A stretch of 64,000 nucleotides of DNA from Methanobacteriota archaeon (GTDB taxonomy: Archaea; Thermoplasmatota; E2; DHVEG-1). Positions 29,168-38,899 of the stretch are shown here, piece by piece (positions within the stretch are counted from its first letter, which is position 1; each line of letters starts with the position of its first letter). Where the stretch lies: assembly GCA_963769885.1 (NCBI GenBank), contig CAVYNH010000006.1, forward strand, positions 480,001 to 544,000, in the 5' to 3' direction. The position numbers and the translations under genes were made by a program. The notes under the pieces were generated by a model that searched no databases, was not told where the DNA came from, and saw nothing but the letters and a program-made list of their open reading frames with translations.

Positions 29168-29539
29168 CTACCCAATGACCTGAACGACATGCTCGTTCAG
29201 AATAAGGAACTCCACGAGCTCCTGCGTCTTCTTCAGGTTCTTGAGCAGATTAGAGTCGACCGTGTACTTAAAGCGTGACAGGATACGACTACCGGTCGGC
29301 CCCCAGCTCCCGATCTCTACGTACTGACCGTCCACATTCTTAATCCCCCCGAGAATCGTGAATGACTCGGTGACCATCCGATACGAACAAGACCCACATT
29401 CCATAACCGTACGATAGGGGACAAACGCGTTGTCCACATCATAAATCGGCTCAATCTGGATAATGGTCAGCTTCCCCTGGCATTGCGGGCAGCGCAGCCC
29501 AGGCGCCCCCGGCTCATGAACCATTTTCTCCTCCTGCAT
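29168..29539 (-). CDS. Zinc-ribbon hypothetical protein
   Basis: CPQC...CGSC. Confidence 0.7.
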   Translation of the reverse strand: MQEEKMVHEPGAPGLRCPQCQGKLTIIQIEPIYDVDNAFVPYRTVMECGSCSYRMVTESFTILGGIKNVDGQYVEIGSWGPTGSRILSRFKYTVDSNLLKNLKKTQELVEFLILNEHVVQVIG

Positions 29540-29666
29540 GAGGCTCCCTTCCGAATACTTTCTCCACTCCGTATTATTACTCCGTTCCCCTATATAGAGT
29601 TTTGCACCCTTCCGCCACGATCCGGCACGGCCTTATTAACACCCACGAAGATAGCGGAATACGACG

Positions 29667-30452
29667 ATGCCACACATGAAAATCATCACGTTTCTCACGG
29701 ACTTCGGCGACAAAGACGGGTACGTCGCCCAGATGAAAGGCGTCGCCAGCTGTCTGACCAACGCACGGCTCCTCGACATCACCCATGATGTTCCCGCGCA
29801 CCACGTGCGGCACGGCGCCTTCCTCCTCTGGACCGTCGCCGGATGGTTCCCCAAAGGAACCGTCCATGTCGCCGTGGTCGACCCTGGCGTCGGGACCCCC
29901 AGAAAACCCATCTTTGTCGTCGCCAAGAATTACGTTTTCATCGGCCCGGACAACGGCCTGCTCCTCCCCGCCTGTCACAACGAGTCCCCGTTCACCGTCT
30001 ATGAGATCACCGAACAGAATTTCCATATCCATGGCGGTCAAACGTTCCATGGGCGTGACATCTTCACCCCGGTCGCCGCGTACATCACCAACGGCGTCCC
30101 GTTCGAAAAACTCGGGAGGCCGACGACGTCTTACGTCGACCTCCGGTTTCCTATAGCAGAGCGGCATGAAGACGCAATCCACGGGATGATTCTCTATGTG
30201 GACCGTTTCGGCAACCTCATTACCAACATCAAGGGCCAGCTGCTTCCGGCCCGGGAAGGCAGAGTACGTATCTCATTCTCTGGCCATGAGGAGAGCCTGC
30301 CCGTTATGTCATCGTACGGTCATGTTGGCGTGGGGGAGCCGCTGCTCACGGTGGGCAGTAGCGGGTTCCTTGAGATCGCCGTGAACAAAGGGAATGCAGC
30401 GACCAGGTTCCAGGCACGTGAGGAGGATCCGGTCGCGATTCGGCTCGTCTAA
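29667..30452 (+). CDS. SAM hydroxide adenosyltransferase (DUF62; chlorinase/fluorinase family)
   Basis: LTDFG, VVDPGVGT.R, GPDNG, TFHGRDIF, DRFGN. Confidence 0.92.
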   Translation: MPHMKIITFLTDFGDKDGYVAQMKGVASCLTNARLLDITHDVPAHHVRHGAFLLWTVAGWFPKGTVHVAVVDPGVGTPRKPIFVVAKNYVFIGPDNGLLLPACHNESPFTVYEITEQNFHIHGGQTFHGRDIFTPVAAYITNGVPFEKLGRPTTSYVDLRFPIAERHEDAIHGMILYVDRFGNLITNIKGQLLPAREGRVRISFSGHEESLPVMSSYGHVGVGEPLLTVGSSGFLEIAVNKGNAATRFQAREEDPVAIRLV

Positions 30453-31001
30453 AATTCTCTCCTGGCTTTTGGGTCCAAGGTGGTATACTCGTTGTCTCCG
30501 ATGTAGTACAGCGGTTGTCGATGCTTGATGTTCAACAACTCGTTGGTGAACGAGTCATCGTCCGCGGTGATTGCGACCACCTCACCGATGAGAAGATCAT
30601 GGTCACCGATACGGACGGCCTGGTGGAGGGTACATTCGAGGTGGGCGTAGCCTTCGGCGAGGCTCGGGGTTTTCAGCTTCGGTACTCGGTTCGAAGGTGA
30701 GGCGGGTTTCCCGGGCCTTGTCTACGGTTCGCCCAGAGTGCGTTCCACAGTAGTCTGCCTGTTGAGCGAGTGAATAGGGGATGAAGTTGATGACGAACTC
30801 CTTGGTTTTGGTGATGCAGCCGTGGGAGTAGCGTCTGGGTGAGACGGAGATGCCGTAGAGTGGGGGGTTGCGGGAGATCGGGGTGTGCCAGGCAAGCGTG
30901 ATGATGTTGGTCTTGCCATGGTCGTCGTTGCTGGTGACGAGCACGGTCTGCATGGGGAAGGCGTAGTGGTGGTAGGATGCGAGGGGTCGTGGTGTTTTCA
31001 T
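30449..31001 (-). CDS. Flavin reductase-like protein, frameshifted near 30681
   Basis: NIITLAW...S.NPP, CGTHSG; removing one base restores KLKTPSLAEGYAHLEC...GDHDLLIGEV to TAG at 30449. Confidence 0.85.
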
Positions 31002-31234
31002 GAGGAGTGTTCCTCCGTGGTTTTTCGGATGGCGTCGAGGAGGCCGTGGGCGTAGTTGATGCAGCCGAAGGCGGTGAAGTAGTCGCGTTTGTTGTAGTAG
31101 TATTTGGTGTCTTCGTAGTATTGGCAGGCGAGGGTGAGGACGGCGGTCGTCGGTTCGGGGAGGCGGGGTGGGAGGGTTTTTTGGTTTTCTTCGAACATGG
31201 TGATGTCCGTGGCGACGCGGGTTTTTTGGTCCAT
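30998..31234 (-). CDS. DUF357 domain protein
   Basis: YYEDTKYY...DYFTAFGCINYAHGLLDA. Confidence 0.85.
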   Translation of the reverse strand: MDQKTRVATDITMFEENQKTLPPRLPEPTTAVLTLACQYYEDTKYYYNKRDYFTAFGCINYAHGLLDAIRKTTEEHSS

Positions 31235-31418
31235 GGTCTCTTGCCTTGACTTCGGGTGAGCGTCTTGGGTGGCTTTAAATGTTGTTTTGTGTAGTTTTGT
31301 CGTTTTGTATCCGATATTTTGTTTCGTCGTCTGTGAGGCGACAAAAGTCGAAAGTTATTTAAAGCCGGGAGTCCACGGTTTTTTCATAGGTTCACGGTCT
31401 TAATTTGGATGTGGATGC

Positions 31419-31799
31419 ATGAGCCGTCGTGTTGGGACCCGGTTGTTGGAGGGCGCAGTGCAGGATCTCTTTGACTCGCGGGCGGAGGCGCGCATCTATC
31501 TGTTTCTGCTTCGTCATGAGGGGGCGCTGGGGGAGGAGGTGATCCGCGGGACGCGGCTTCATCCGAGTACGGTGCGGGAGCTGCTGTCGCGGATGTTTGC
31601 GCATCAGGTTATTGTGCGCCGGAAGCTGAAGACCGATTCGATCGGGAAGAACCCGTACCTGTATTTTGCGGTGTCGCCGGTGGTGTTGTTGCGGCGAAGG
31701 GCGAAGACGCTGGAGCAGCGGTTGAACCTGATTGCCTCGTACGGGAGCCGTCAGGAGACGGCGCATGTCCGTATCTGGGTCCGGGAGGAGGCGTCATGA
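31419..31799 (+). CDS. TrmB-like winged-HTH regulator
   Basis: EARIYLFL...HPSTVRELL...Y.AVSP; ATGA overlap with next gene. Confidence 0.75.
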   Translation: MSRRVGTRLLEGAVQDLFDSRAEARIYLFLLRHEGALGEEVIRGTRLHPSTVRELLSRMFAHQVIVRRKLKTDSIGKNPYLYFAVSPVVLLRRRAKTLEQRLNLIASYGSRQETAHVRIWVREEAS

Positions 31800-34027
31800 T
31801 CGCGCATCGGCTCGCCCAGGTCCTGGTACGCCGGCCGAAGACGGTCTTGCTGGTGTTTACCATTGTCACTGTTCTTGTCGGGCTGCAGATGCATAACGTC
31901 TACATGCAGTCGGAACTGACCACGTATCTGCCACGCGATTCCCCGATGATCGCGCAGTGGGCGGCGCTGAACCAGGAGTTCCAGATCGGCTCGACGATTA
32001 TCGTGTATGTGGAGGCTGACGACATCCGGGATCCGCTGGTCCTGCAGGAGATGGACCGGGTGGCGACCCGGGTTGATACGTATTCGCTGGATCGTGGCGA
32101 GCTGGACGGCGTGGTCACGGTCACGAGCCTGGCGAGCCTGATCAAGGAGGAGCATGCGAAACCACTGCTCCCCGGGGGCTTCGGGGGGGAAGGCCTTAAC
32201 GAGGTGCCGACGGACCCTGCGCTGATCACCACATATCTTGCCCGGGTCCAGTCCATGAAGGAGACGCTGTTCCTGGATACGTATAAGGTGGGGGTCATCG
32301 TCTTTCAGCTGTCGCAGACCGCGGATGCGGCGAAGGTCCTACAGGCGGTCCATGAGGCGGTCGCGAAGAACGCCCATTACGCGGACATGACCGTCACGGG
32401 CAGCATCGCCGTGAAGCAGGCGATGCAGGTACAGACCACGCAGTCGCTGCTGATTGTCGCCGTCATCGCCCTCGCGTTGGTCATGGTCAACATCTATCTG
32501 TTCCATCGGAGTCTGAAAAGCTTCGTGGTCGCGTTCCTGCCGCTGGGGTTCTCGTTGGCTCTCACCTTTGGGATCCTGGGGCTGGTGCATCCGGAGATCA
32601 CGGTTCTCACGATCGCTGCTGTCGCCCTCCTCGTCGGTCTGGGCGATGACTACGCGGTCTACCTTTCCAGCCGCTTCGCCGAAGGGACGACCCAGAAGGA
32701 TCAAATCGAGAGGGTCGAGTCGATGCTGCGGATGACCGGCAAGGCCGTGTTCCTCTGCTGTCTGGCGACGGCGATCGGGTTCGGCTCGCTGATGACGTCC
32801 TCGATGGCGCCGATCGTCGCCTTCGGTTTCGTCTGCCTCCTGGGGACCATGCTGGTGTTCGTCTCCGCGGTCATCCTTGTCCCCTGCCTCTGCATCCTGC
32901 TCCATTATGAGAGCCATGAGACGGGCCGTCGCTGGCACCGCTTCTCCGCTTTCCTTGTTGACCAGCGGAAACGGCTCTTCGTCATCGGGTGCGCCTTCGT
33001 CGTCCTCTCGCTCGTGGTGCTCCCCCAGGTCAAAACCGACGTGAACTACCTGAAGATGGCGCCGCAGGACATCCCCGAGGTCCAGAAGCTCCTGGAGTAT
33101 TCGGAGAAGTTCGGGAAAGGGGCGAACTTCAACGCCCTCCTTGTCCAGACCGAGAATCAGGGGCTCATCGACCCTGAGACGATTGACGCGATCTACGCCC
33201 TGGAAACCCGGATCCGTGCCGCGGGCGGCTCCGCCTACTCTATCGTCGACGAGTTGAAGAAATACAATGAGGTCTTCGACCGAAACACCCTCCTCAGGAA
33301 CATCACGGCGCTCGCTGGCATCAACACCCTCATCTTCGACAAGATCGCGGAGAAAGGACTCGTGAACACGGATTGCTCCAAGACCCTCATCTTGGTCTCG
33401 TTCCCCGCGCAGCTCACCATCGAACAGCTCGAGACCGCTGTCGCCAGTGTCAACACCCTCGCGGCCTCCGCCGGCCTCCCCGGTGACGGCCGGGTCTCCT
33501 CCCTCATCGGCCAGGACGCCGTCACCGTCATCGTCAACCAGCAGATCATGGGCACGCAGATGACCTCGCTGCTCACCGAGCTGTTGCTGATTCTCGCCTG
33601 CCTCATCATCGGGTTCAGCTCCGTCCGGGTCGGAATCCTCTCCATCGTCCCGGTCCTGTTCGTCCTTGCCTGGGAGCCAGGCTCCCTCGTGATGCTGAAC
33701 ATCCCCCTCTCTGTCGTCAACATCACCGTCGCCGCCATCGTGATCAGCACCGGCATCGACTACGGCATCATCGTTACTCAGCGGCTGAACGAAGAACGCG
33801 GCAAAGGCAGATCCAAGGAAGACGCCCTGAAGACGACGCTGGAGACCAGCGGCTTCTCCATCATCACCGCCTCCTCCACCACCATGGTCGCCTTGCTGGC
33901 CACCTTCTTCGTCAACATCCCGATGCTGCAGCAGTTCAGCGTCATCGTCATCGTCCTCTACCTGCTCGCGCTCGTCGCCTGCTTCTGCATCCTGCCTACC
34001 GTCTATGTCTCAAAATGGTTCCGGTAG
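31796..34027 (+). CDS. MMPL/RND-family membrane transporter
   Basis: Two repeats with GLGDDYAVY and GIDYGII; about 12 TM. Confidence 0.9.
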   Translation: MIAHRLAQVLVRRPKTVLLVFTIVTVLVGLQMHNVYMQSELTTYLPRDSPMIAQWAALNQEFQIGSTIIVYVEADDIRDPLVLQEMDRVATRVDTYSLDRGELDGVVTVTSLASLIKEEHAKPLLPGGFGGEGLNEVPTDPALITTYLARVQSMKETLFLDTYKVGVIVFQLSQTADAAKVLQAVHEAVAKNAHYADMTVTGSIAVKQAMQVQTTQSLLIVAVIALALVMVNIYLFHRSLKSFVVAFLPLGFSLALTFGILGLVHPEITVLTIAAVALLVGLGDDYAVYLSSRFAEGTTQKDQIERVESMLRMTGKAVFLCCLATAIGFGSLMTSSMAPIVAFGFVCLLGTMLVFVSAVILVPCLCILLHYESHETGRRWHRFSAFLVDQRKRLFVIGCAFVVLSLVVLPQVKTDVNYLKMAPQDIPEVQKLLEYSEKFGKGANFNALLVQTENQGLIDPETIDAIYALETRIRAAGGSAYSIVDELKKYNEVFDRNTLLRNITALAGINTLIFDKIAEKGLVNTDCSKTLILVSFPAQLTIEQLETAVASVNTLAASAGLPGDGRVSSLIGQDAVTVIVNQQIMGTQMTSLLTELLLILACLIIGFSSVRVGILSIVPVLFVLAWEPGSLVMLNIPLSVVNITVAAIVISTGIDYGIIVTQRLNEERGKGRSKEDALKTTLETSGFSIITASSTTMVALLATFFVNIPMLQQFSVIVIVLYLLALVACFCILPTVYVSKWFR

Positions 34028-34038
34028 CCAGACAACCC

Positions 34039-34296
34039 TTATCTTTTTCGCTTCCGGAAATGCATCGTCCGCAGGAACGGCACGTCAAAGACGAGCGTCC
34101 CGACAAGGATAAGACAGCCTAACATGAACTCGGCCTCGTACGTCGGCAGACCCTTGAGGAGCCCTTGCCCAATAGACTCAATCAGAAAAAGAACCGCGAT
34201 GAGGAACGGCGCGATGACTAGAATCGGCGTCAACCACAGCTCCAGCCGCCTGCTCAAGATGATTTTCTGCGCCTGCCGCAACCCCCGCTTGTCCAT
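34039..34296 (-). CDS. Small two-TM hypothetical protein
   Basis: Abuts the upstream gene's stop; two hydrophobic helices. Confidence 0.65.
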   Translation of the reverse strand: MDKRGLRQAQKIILSRRLELWLTPILVIAPFLIAVLFLIESIGQGLLKGLPTYEAEFMLGCLILVGTLVFDVPFLRTMHFRKRKR

Positions 34297-34995
34297 CTAC
34301 GACCAGCCTCCAAGCGGATGGATGAGCTCAGGCGGCAGGATATTCACATGGAACAGTCCAAGGCTCTGCCACAACAGAAACAACAATAACGCGGGAACGA
34401 GCTGGATGAGGAGGTCGTCATCGAGCCACCGGAACTTCACCCGCTCTCCCAAGATTGCCCCAACGGCACCGATGAGACCGACGGCAACGAGAACAGGCGG
34501 CGCCGCCCGATACCAGGTCGCCACGAAAAAGCAGAAACTCAGCAAAAACCCGAGCAGATACGCGAACCGCCGAGGAAAACGATACCGGAATTCCCCGATT
34601 GACGGGTCGACGAAACAGGCGCAGAGAATGCAGGGGACGGCGATCTGTTGCGGAAATAACAAAAACAGAAGAATCAGGCCAACTCCGAAGTAAAAATAGC
34701 TCGCGGGACGGTGATGTTCATAGGACCGCAGCCCGAAAAAATATTGACGATCCAGTTCACCGCCGAGACGCCGGACCTCAATAATGCCTACACACACCAG
34801 GATAACCACCGGCACTACGATCTTCGCCAGGTCGATCCACGGCTCAACCGGCAGCAGGTAGTACACCAGAAAACAAGAGGCAAACGTATGAAACACCCGA
34901 CGGAACCAATGGGCGTCCACCTCGATGGACAGAAGACGCTCCAAAAGCTCGTCCTGATATTCCTCAACCCGTTCCTTCAGCTGCTTCGCGTTCAT
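34297..34995 (-). CDS. Dolichol/phytol kinase-like (CTP-dependent) membrane protein
   Basis: RRVFH, LRSYE, DPSIGE, DDDLLI. Confidence 0.7.
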   Translation of the reverse strand: MNAKQLKERVEEYQDELLERLLSIEVDAHWFRRVFHTFASCFLVYYLLPVEPWIDLAKIVVPVVILVCVGIIEVRRLGGELDRQYFFGLRSYEHHRPASYFYFGVGLILLFLLFPQQIAVPCILCACFVDPSIGEFRYRFPRRFAYLLGFLLSFCFFVATWYRAAPPVLVAVGLIGAVGAILGERVKFRWLDDDLLIQLVPALLLFLLWQSLGLFHVNILPPELIHPLGGWS

Positions 34996-35047
34996 GCAGT
35001 AAGCGATGGAAAAACCCTACTCGATTATTAATCCTATGGCCTCGAAT

Positions 35048-35743
35048 TTAGTCGGTGCTTGACACCTGCTGATCCAGGGTCATAATCCCCTGACGGCTGG
35101 CCACAATCACAAGGTCCGCGAGATTAATGAACAGCCCATTCTCAACCACTCCGGGAATCGCGTTAATGTCTTTTTCCAGGACTTCAGGCTGAGCAATCCG
35201 ACCGAAGTCACAATCGATGATATAGTTGCCATTATCCGTGATGAACTTCTCATCAACGATTGTGCGCAGCTCCGCCGTACATCCCAGGTCAACCAGGGAT
35301 TTTTTCGTCGCCGCCCAGCCAAACTTCGTCACTTCGACAGGCACGGGAAAATCAGCCCCGAGGCCTTTGACAATCTTGGTCTCATCCACGGCGATGATTT
35401 CCTTTTTCGTATGGTACGCCACGATCTTCTCGCGGGTCAGTGCGCCGCCACCGCCTTTAATGAGGTTCAAATGGGAGTCCACCTCGTCAGCGCCATCGAT
35501 GGTGACGTCGATTTCTATAGTCTCGTCAAGCTCGATGATGGGGATGGCGAATTCACTGGCGAGTTTCTTGGATTTCATGGAGGTCGGGACAGCCTGTATC
35601 CGGAAGCCGTCTTTGACCATGGCGCCAAGCTTGCGAACGGCGAACTCAGCGGTTGAACCGGTCCCCAGACCTACAATCATTCCATCTTCGACGAACTGCA
35701 CCGCGCGCTCCGCGGCCAGTTTCTTCATTTCCGGTTGTTCCAC
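35048..35743 (-). CDS. rpiA: Ribose-5-phosphate isomerase A
   Basis: GLGTGST, DGADEVD, KGGGGALTREK. Confidence 0.97.
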   Translation of the reverse strand: MEQPEMKKLAAERAVQFVEDGMIVGLGTGSTAEFAVRKLGAMVKDGFRIQAVPTSMKSKKLASEFAIPIIELDETIEIDVTIDGADEVDSHLNLIKGGGGALTREKIVAYHTKKEIIAVDETKIVKGLGADFPVPVEVTKFGWAATKKSLVDLGCTAELRTIVDEKFITDNGNYIIDCDFGRIAQPEVLEKDINAIPGVVENGLFINLADLVIVASRQGIMTLDQQVSSTD

Positions 35744-35817
35744 GCTGTCACCACTCTTGTAACCGGCGTCGTATACAAAAACTTATACTTTGGAGTGGCA
35801 TTTCCCACCGTGACATT

Positions 35818-36522
35818 ATGCTAGGCAACTGTGATGACCACGGGTACTTCCGAGGCGAAGTCTGCCCAATCTGTAACCACAAGGGCCGTTTCCTGATGAG
35901 CGACCGTGAGCTCGACTCGCTGGGTCGAATCATGGCCGGCGTCTTGCGGCATTTCCCGGAGAAATTGGGAGTCGTGGTCGACGGTCATGGCTGGGTCGAT
36001 ATTTCGAAGTTCGTGGAGGCAGTCGGCGGGAGCCGCTCGGGGTTCCATTGGTTGAAGACCACGCACGTCGAGGCCATCGCATTGACGGACCCGAAGGGGC
36101 GGTACCAGGTTGACGGTGGGATGATTCGGGCGACGTATGGGCATACCATCGATGTGAAGCTGGATGACCTGCCGCTGGCGGACAATGAGTTCTTCTATTA
36201 CCCGGTGACCGAGGAGGAGATCGATTTGATCCTTGAGGGTGGGTTGAGGCCGATTGACCGTCGTCAGGTGCATCTCAGCGGGAGCATCGGGAAGGCGTTG
36301 GAGGCGGGTCGTGTGCGTACGGAGGATCCGTTGATTCTTCGGATTGATGGGAAGAAGGCCAAGGAGGACGGATTGCTCATTTATCGTGCCGGGTTCGATG
36401 TGTATGTGACGGACCGGGTTGACGCGAAGTACATCTCTAAAGTTGATCCCTCCGAGTATACGGAATCTGGGGAAAAGAGCGATGAAACCGGCGAGGAACC
36501 CAGTGAGGAAAAAAGCGAATAG
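35818..36522 (+). CDS. kptA: RNA 2'-phosphotransferase (Tpt1/KptA) with N-terminal Zn finger
   Basis: LRH.P, GWV, KGRY, IRATYGHT, R..VHLS. Confidence 0.9.
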   Translation: MLGNCDDHGYFRGEVCPICNHKGRFLMSDRELDSLGRIMAGVLRHFPEKLGVVVDGHGWVDISKFVEAVGGSRSGFHWLKTTHVEAIALTDPKGRYQVDGGMIRATYGHTIDVKLDDLPLADNEFFYYPVTEEEIDLILEGGLRPIDRRQVHLSGSIGKALEAGRVRTEDPLILRIDGKKAKEDGLLIYRAGFDVYVTDRVDAKYISKVDPSEYTESGEKSDETGEEPSEEKSE

Positions 36523-36645
36523 ACGTGGGCCATTGCTGAGGGGGGTGTCGAGGCATTCTCTTTCTTCGTTCTCGCTTGGGTGGGTACCGTTAGATTTTTA
36601 ATCATAAAGCAGTTAGGGTCTCCCACCAGGGTTTTACTCCTGGAA

Positions 36646-36720
36646 GGGCTTGTAGCTCAGCTAGGTTAGAGCAGTCGGCTCTTAACCGACTGGCCGTGGG
36701 TTCGAATCCCTCCAAGCCCG
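36646..36720 (+). tRNA. tRNA-Lys(CTT)
   Basis: GGGCTTG/CAAGCCC; anticodon arm GTCGG-CTCTTAA-CCGAC. Confidence 0.95.
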
Positions 36721-36887
36721 TTCTTTTTTTCAAACCAAGGAGGTATCGTATCGTGTTTGGTATTATCATGGCGGGGGTGGGGGTTGTTGTTCCTGTTGTT
36801 GTTGTCGGACTTGGCGTGGACGTAGTGAGGCCTTTATAACTCCTTGATGATTTCTGAACAGCAGAATTGGGTAATGTCCTTTGGGTG

Positions 36888-37220
36888 ATGGGTTATCAAA
36901 AAGAGGTGTCCTGAGTGTCGCATGAAAGCCGTCCGTCTCTATCAGAACCGGACGGTCGATGGGCGGCGGAAATGGGTTCCTGTGGCCTGGTGCTGTACTG
37001 AGTGTTCGTATACGTATACGATTGAGTCTAATACGTTGCTGTATCCGATTGGGGGGAGCTCTATCAGGAGTCGTTTCAGGGGCTCTGCCCGAAGTGCGGG
37101 CAGAGATTGTCTCGGCTCTTTCGGCATAAGAACCCGACCCGGGGCAAGCAGGAGTGGGTCTCCAGCGCGTGGTACTGCACGCGGTGTAAGTGGGTCTGGA
37201 ACGATGCTGCCTCGCATTGA
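36888..37220 (+). CDS. Tandem double zinc-ribbon protein, two compensating single-base indels
   Basis: Removing one A (36898-36902) and adding one G (37051-37056) gives CPEC...WCCTEC / CPKC...WYCTRC. Confidence 0.7.
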
Positions 37221-37363
37221 CGATATGGATGAAGCGTGTTCAGCATTGTGCTAGGCGGACTCGCCGACCGGTTTTTTCAAGGTGGACGCTCCCCTGTTTT
37301 GGCGGCTATAAGTATAAATACAGCTATCCTTTTTAGGGCTGGGTATACACCAGAGGAAACGCA

Positions 37364-37462
37364 ATGAAACGCAGCTCACGGGTATGGAAGAAACGGCGGA
37401 AAATGCGCTGGAAGTGGCGCAAGAAACGGATGCGCCGCGAGAAGCGCATGCGCAAACAGTGA
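37364..37462 (+). CDS. rpl41e: Ribosomal protein L41e
   Basis: MKRSSRVWKKRRKMRWKWRKKRMRREKRMRKQ; GAGG RBS; below the ORF-track cut-off. Confidence 0.9.
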   Translation: MKRSSRVWKKRRKMRWKWRKKRMRREKRMRKQ

Positions 37463-37483
37463 TCTTCGATGATTCGCCCCTAT

Positions 37484-37622
37484 GGGAGCATGGTGTAACC
37501 CGGCATCATTACGGGCTCCAGTTAGGTATGATTACAAGAGGGTCATCTGACGGATGATGAGTAACTGGAGCGATGACCTACGAAGAGACCCGTCGATCTG
37601 GGTTCAAATCCCAGTGCTCCCA
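37484..37622 (+). tRNA. tRNA-Trp(CCA) with 66-nt intron (37522-37587) at position 37/38
   Basis: GGGAGCA/TGCTCCC; ACGGG-CTCCAG[intron]A-CCCGT; GGTTCAAATCC. Confidence 0.93.
37522..37587 (+). ncRNA. Intron-encoded box C/D guide sRNA
   Basis: C (ATGATTA), D' (CTGA 37547), C' (ATGATGA), D (ATGA 37573); guide TAACTGGAGC exactly complements 37515-37524 and the N+5 rule selects C34. Confidence 0.85.
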
Positions 37623-37676
37623 TCCCTCTCGCCCGCCTCTGAACAAAAAAATGGAACCAATGAGGTTAGAAGAACT

Positions 37677-37877
37677 ATGTTCAGCCTGAAGAAATTCAAC
37701 CTGACAACCGTCTTTGCCATCCTCCTCGTCATCGCAGGACTTGCCTTGTACATCGGCTGGGGAATCCAGTACGGCGTCTGGTACGACATCGGCATCTATT
37801 CAATCGTCATTGTGCTGGTCCTCGCCGGCATCCTCGGCATCCTGATCTCCCTGCGCGACGTCAAAGAAGAGGCATAA
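37677..37877 (+). CDS. Small two-TM membrane protein
   Basis: GAGG RBS; 66 aa; followed by C/T terminator. Confidence 0.75.
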   Translation: MFSLKKFNLTTVFAILLVIAGLALYIGWGIQYGVWYDIGIYSIVIVLVLAGILGILISLRDVKEEA

Positions 37878-37940
37878 CCCCCCCTTTTTCCCCCTATTTT
37901 CTAGATAACTATTAAATAGAATCCCAGATACTTACCCTTG

Positions 37941-38150
37941 ATGAATCCGAGCGACGAGGAATTACGGAAGTACTCTGGAGAATGGGTCCTGCTGTTCAAA
38001 GACAAGGTCGTCGACCACAGCGTCAACCTCGAAGAGGTCCTCAAGGTCGCCGAGGAGAAATACCCGGAAGACAAGGTCCCCAAGGACAGCCTCAAGATTT
38101 CCAGGGTCCTCACCAGCCCGCAGGAAAAAAGCCAGCGGTTCATCAAATAA
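37941..38150 (+). CDS. DUF5678-like small protein
   Basis: LRKYSGEWV...KVV...LEEV. Confidence 0.7.
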   Translation: MNPSDEELRKYSGEWVLLFKDKVVDHSVNLEEVLKVAEEKYPEDKVPKDSLKISRVLTSPQEKSQRFIK

Positions 38151-38194
38151 CCCCGGTCCCATCGCAAATCTTATTCAATCCCAACCCTTTACCT

Positions 38195-38599
38195 ATGCCG
38201 ATGCCATCACGACCCCTCATCTTCCCCTACAACGACTATCCCTTGATTCCCATCAAGTTCCACTACCAGGACCGCGTCACCCCTCTCATTGACGCCCTCC
38301 TCGACTCCGGCGGCGACTTCATCGTCATCCCCAACGCCATCGCCAAATTCCTCAAACTCAAACTCTCCAAAGCCGGCTGCGTCGACACCGCCGGCGGCGA
38401 AGCCACCCTCTGCAGCTCCCGCGTCACCATGACCATCCACGGCGACGGCCACCAGTACAGCTACCCCAACATCGAGATCTTCGTCTCCGACCGCAACGAC
38501 CTCCCCGTCCTCCTCGGCCGCAAACCCATCTTCGACGACTACGAGATCGTCTTCAAGAAACACGAAAACACCCTCATTCTCCAATCCATCCACCCCTAA
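38195..38599 (+). CDS. Retropepsin-like single-domain aspartyl protease
   Basis: ALLDSGG catalytic motif, TAGG flap, LLGR. Confidence 0.8.
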   Translation: MPMPSRPLIFPYNDYPLIPIKFHYQDRVTPLIDALLDSGGDFIVIPNAIAKFLKLKLSKAGCVDTAGGEATLCSSRVTMTIHGDGHQYSYPNIEIFVSDRNDLPVLLGRKPIFDDYEIVFKKHENTLILQSIHP

Positions 38600-38713
38600 A
38601 AACAACCCAATAGACACCTGGAACAGGGGAAATAGTCACAGAAAACCATTGTTAATATTAAAGGAACCTTTAAATCAAAGAGCATGGATATCCCACCCCG
38701 AGGGAACAAACCT

Positions 38714-38899
38714 ATGGTGTATGAACAGAATGGATGGAAACTCTATAAACGCGACGTCACTTTGAAAGGAGGACGGAATCAAACCATTTACTTTTTCAGC
38801 AAACGCATCCCAAAAAGCGGGACACCCTGCGATCTCCCACCTGGCTACACCGTCGGTGTCAACAAACGCACCGGCCTGCCCTACCTTAAAAAAGCATAA
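38714..38899 (+). CDS. Small basic hypothetical protein (61 aa)
   Basis: GAGG RBS and TTTAAA box upstream; V.LKGG..Q.IYFF...LP.GY.V..N.RTGLP.LKK. Confidence 0.75.
   Translation: MVYEQNGWKLYKRDVTLKGGRNQTIYFFSKRIPKSGTPCDLPPGYTVGVNKRTGLPYLKKA

Noticed and set aside
29667-30452. Halogenase (fluorinase/chlorinase)
   Set aside because: Retains the Asp-Arg-His features (VVDPGVGT.R, TFHGRD) of hydroxide-using DUF62 proteins common in archaea.
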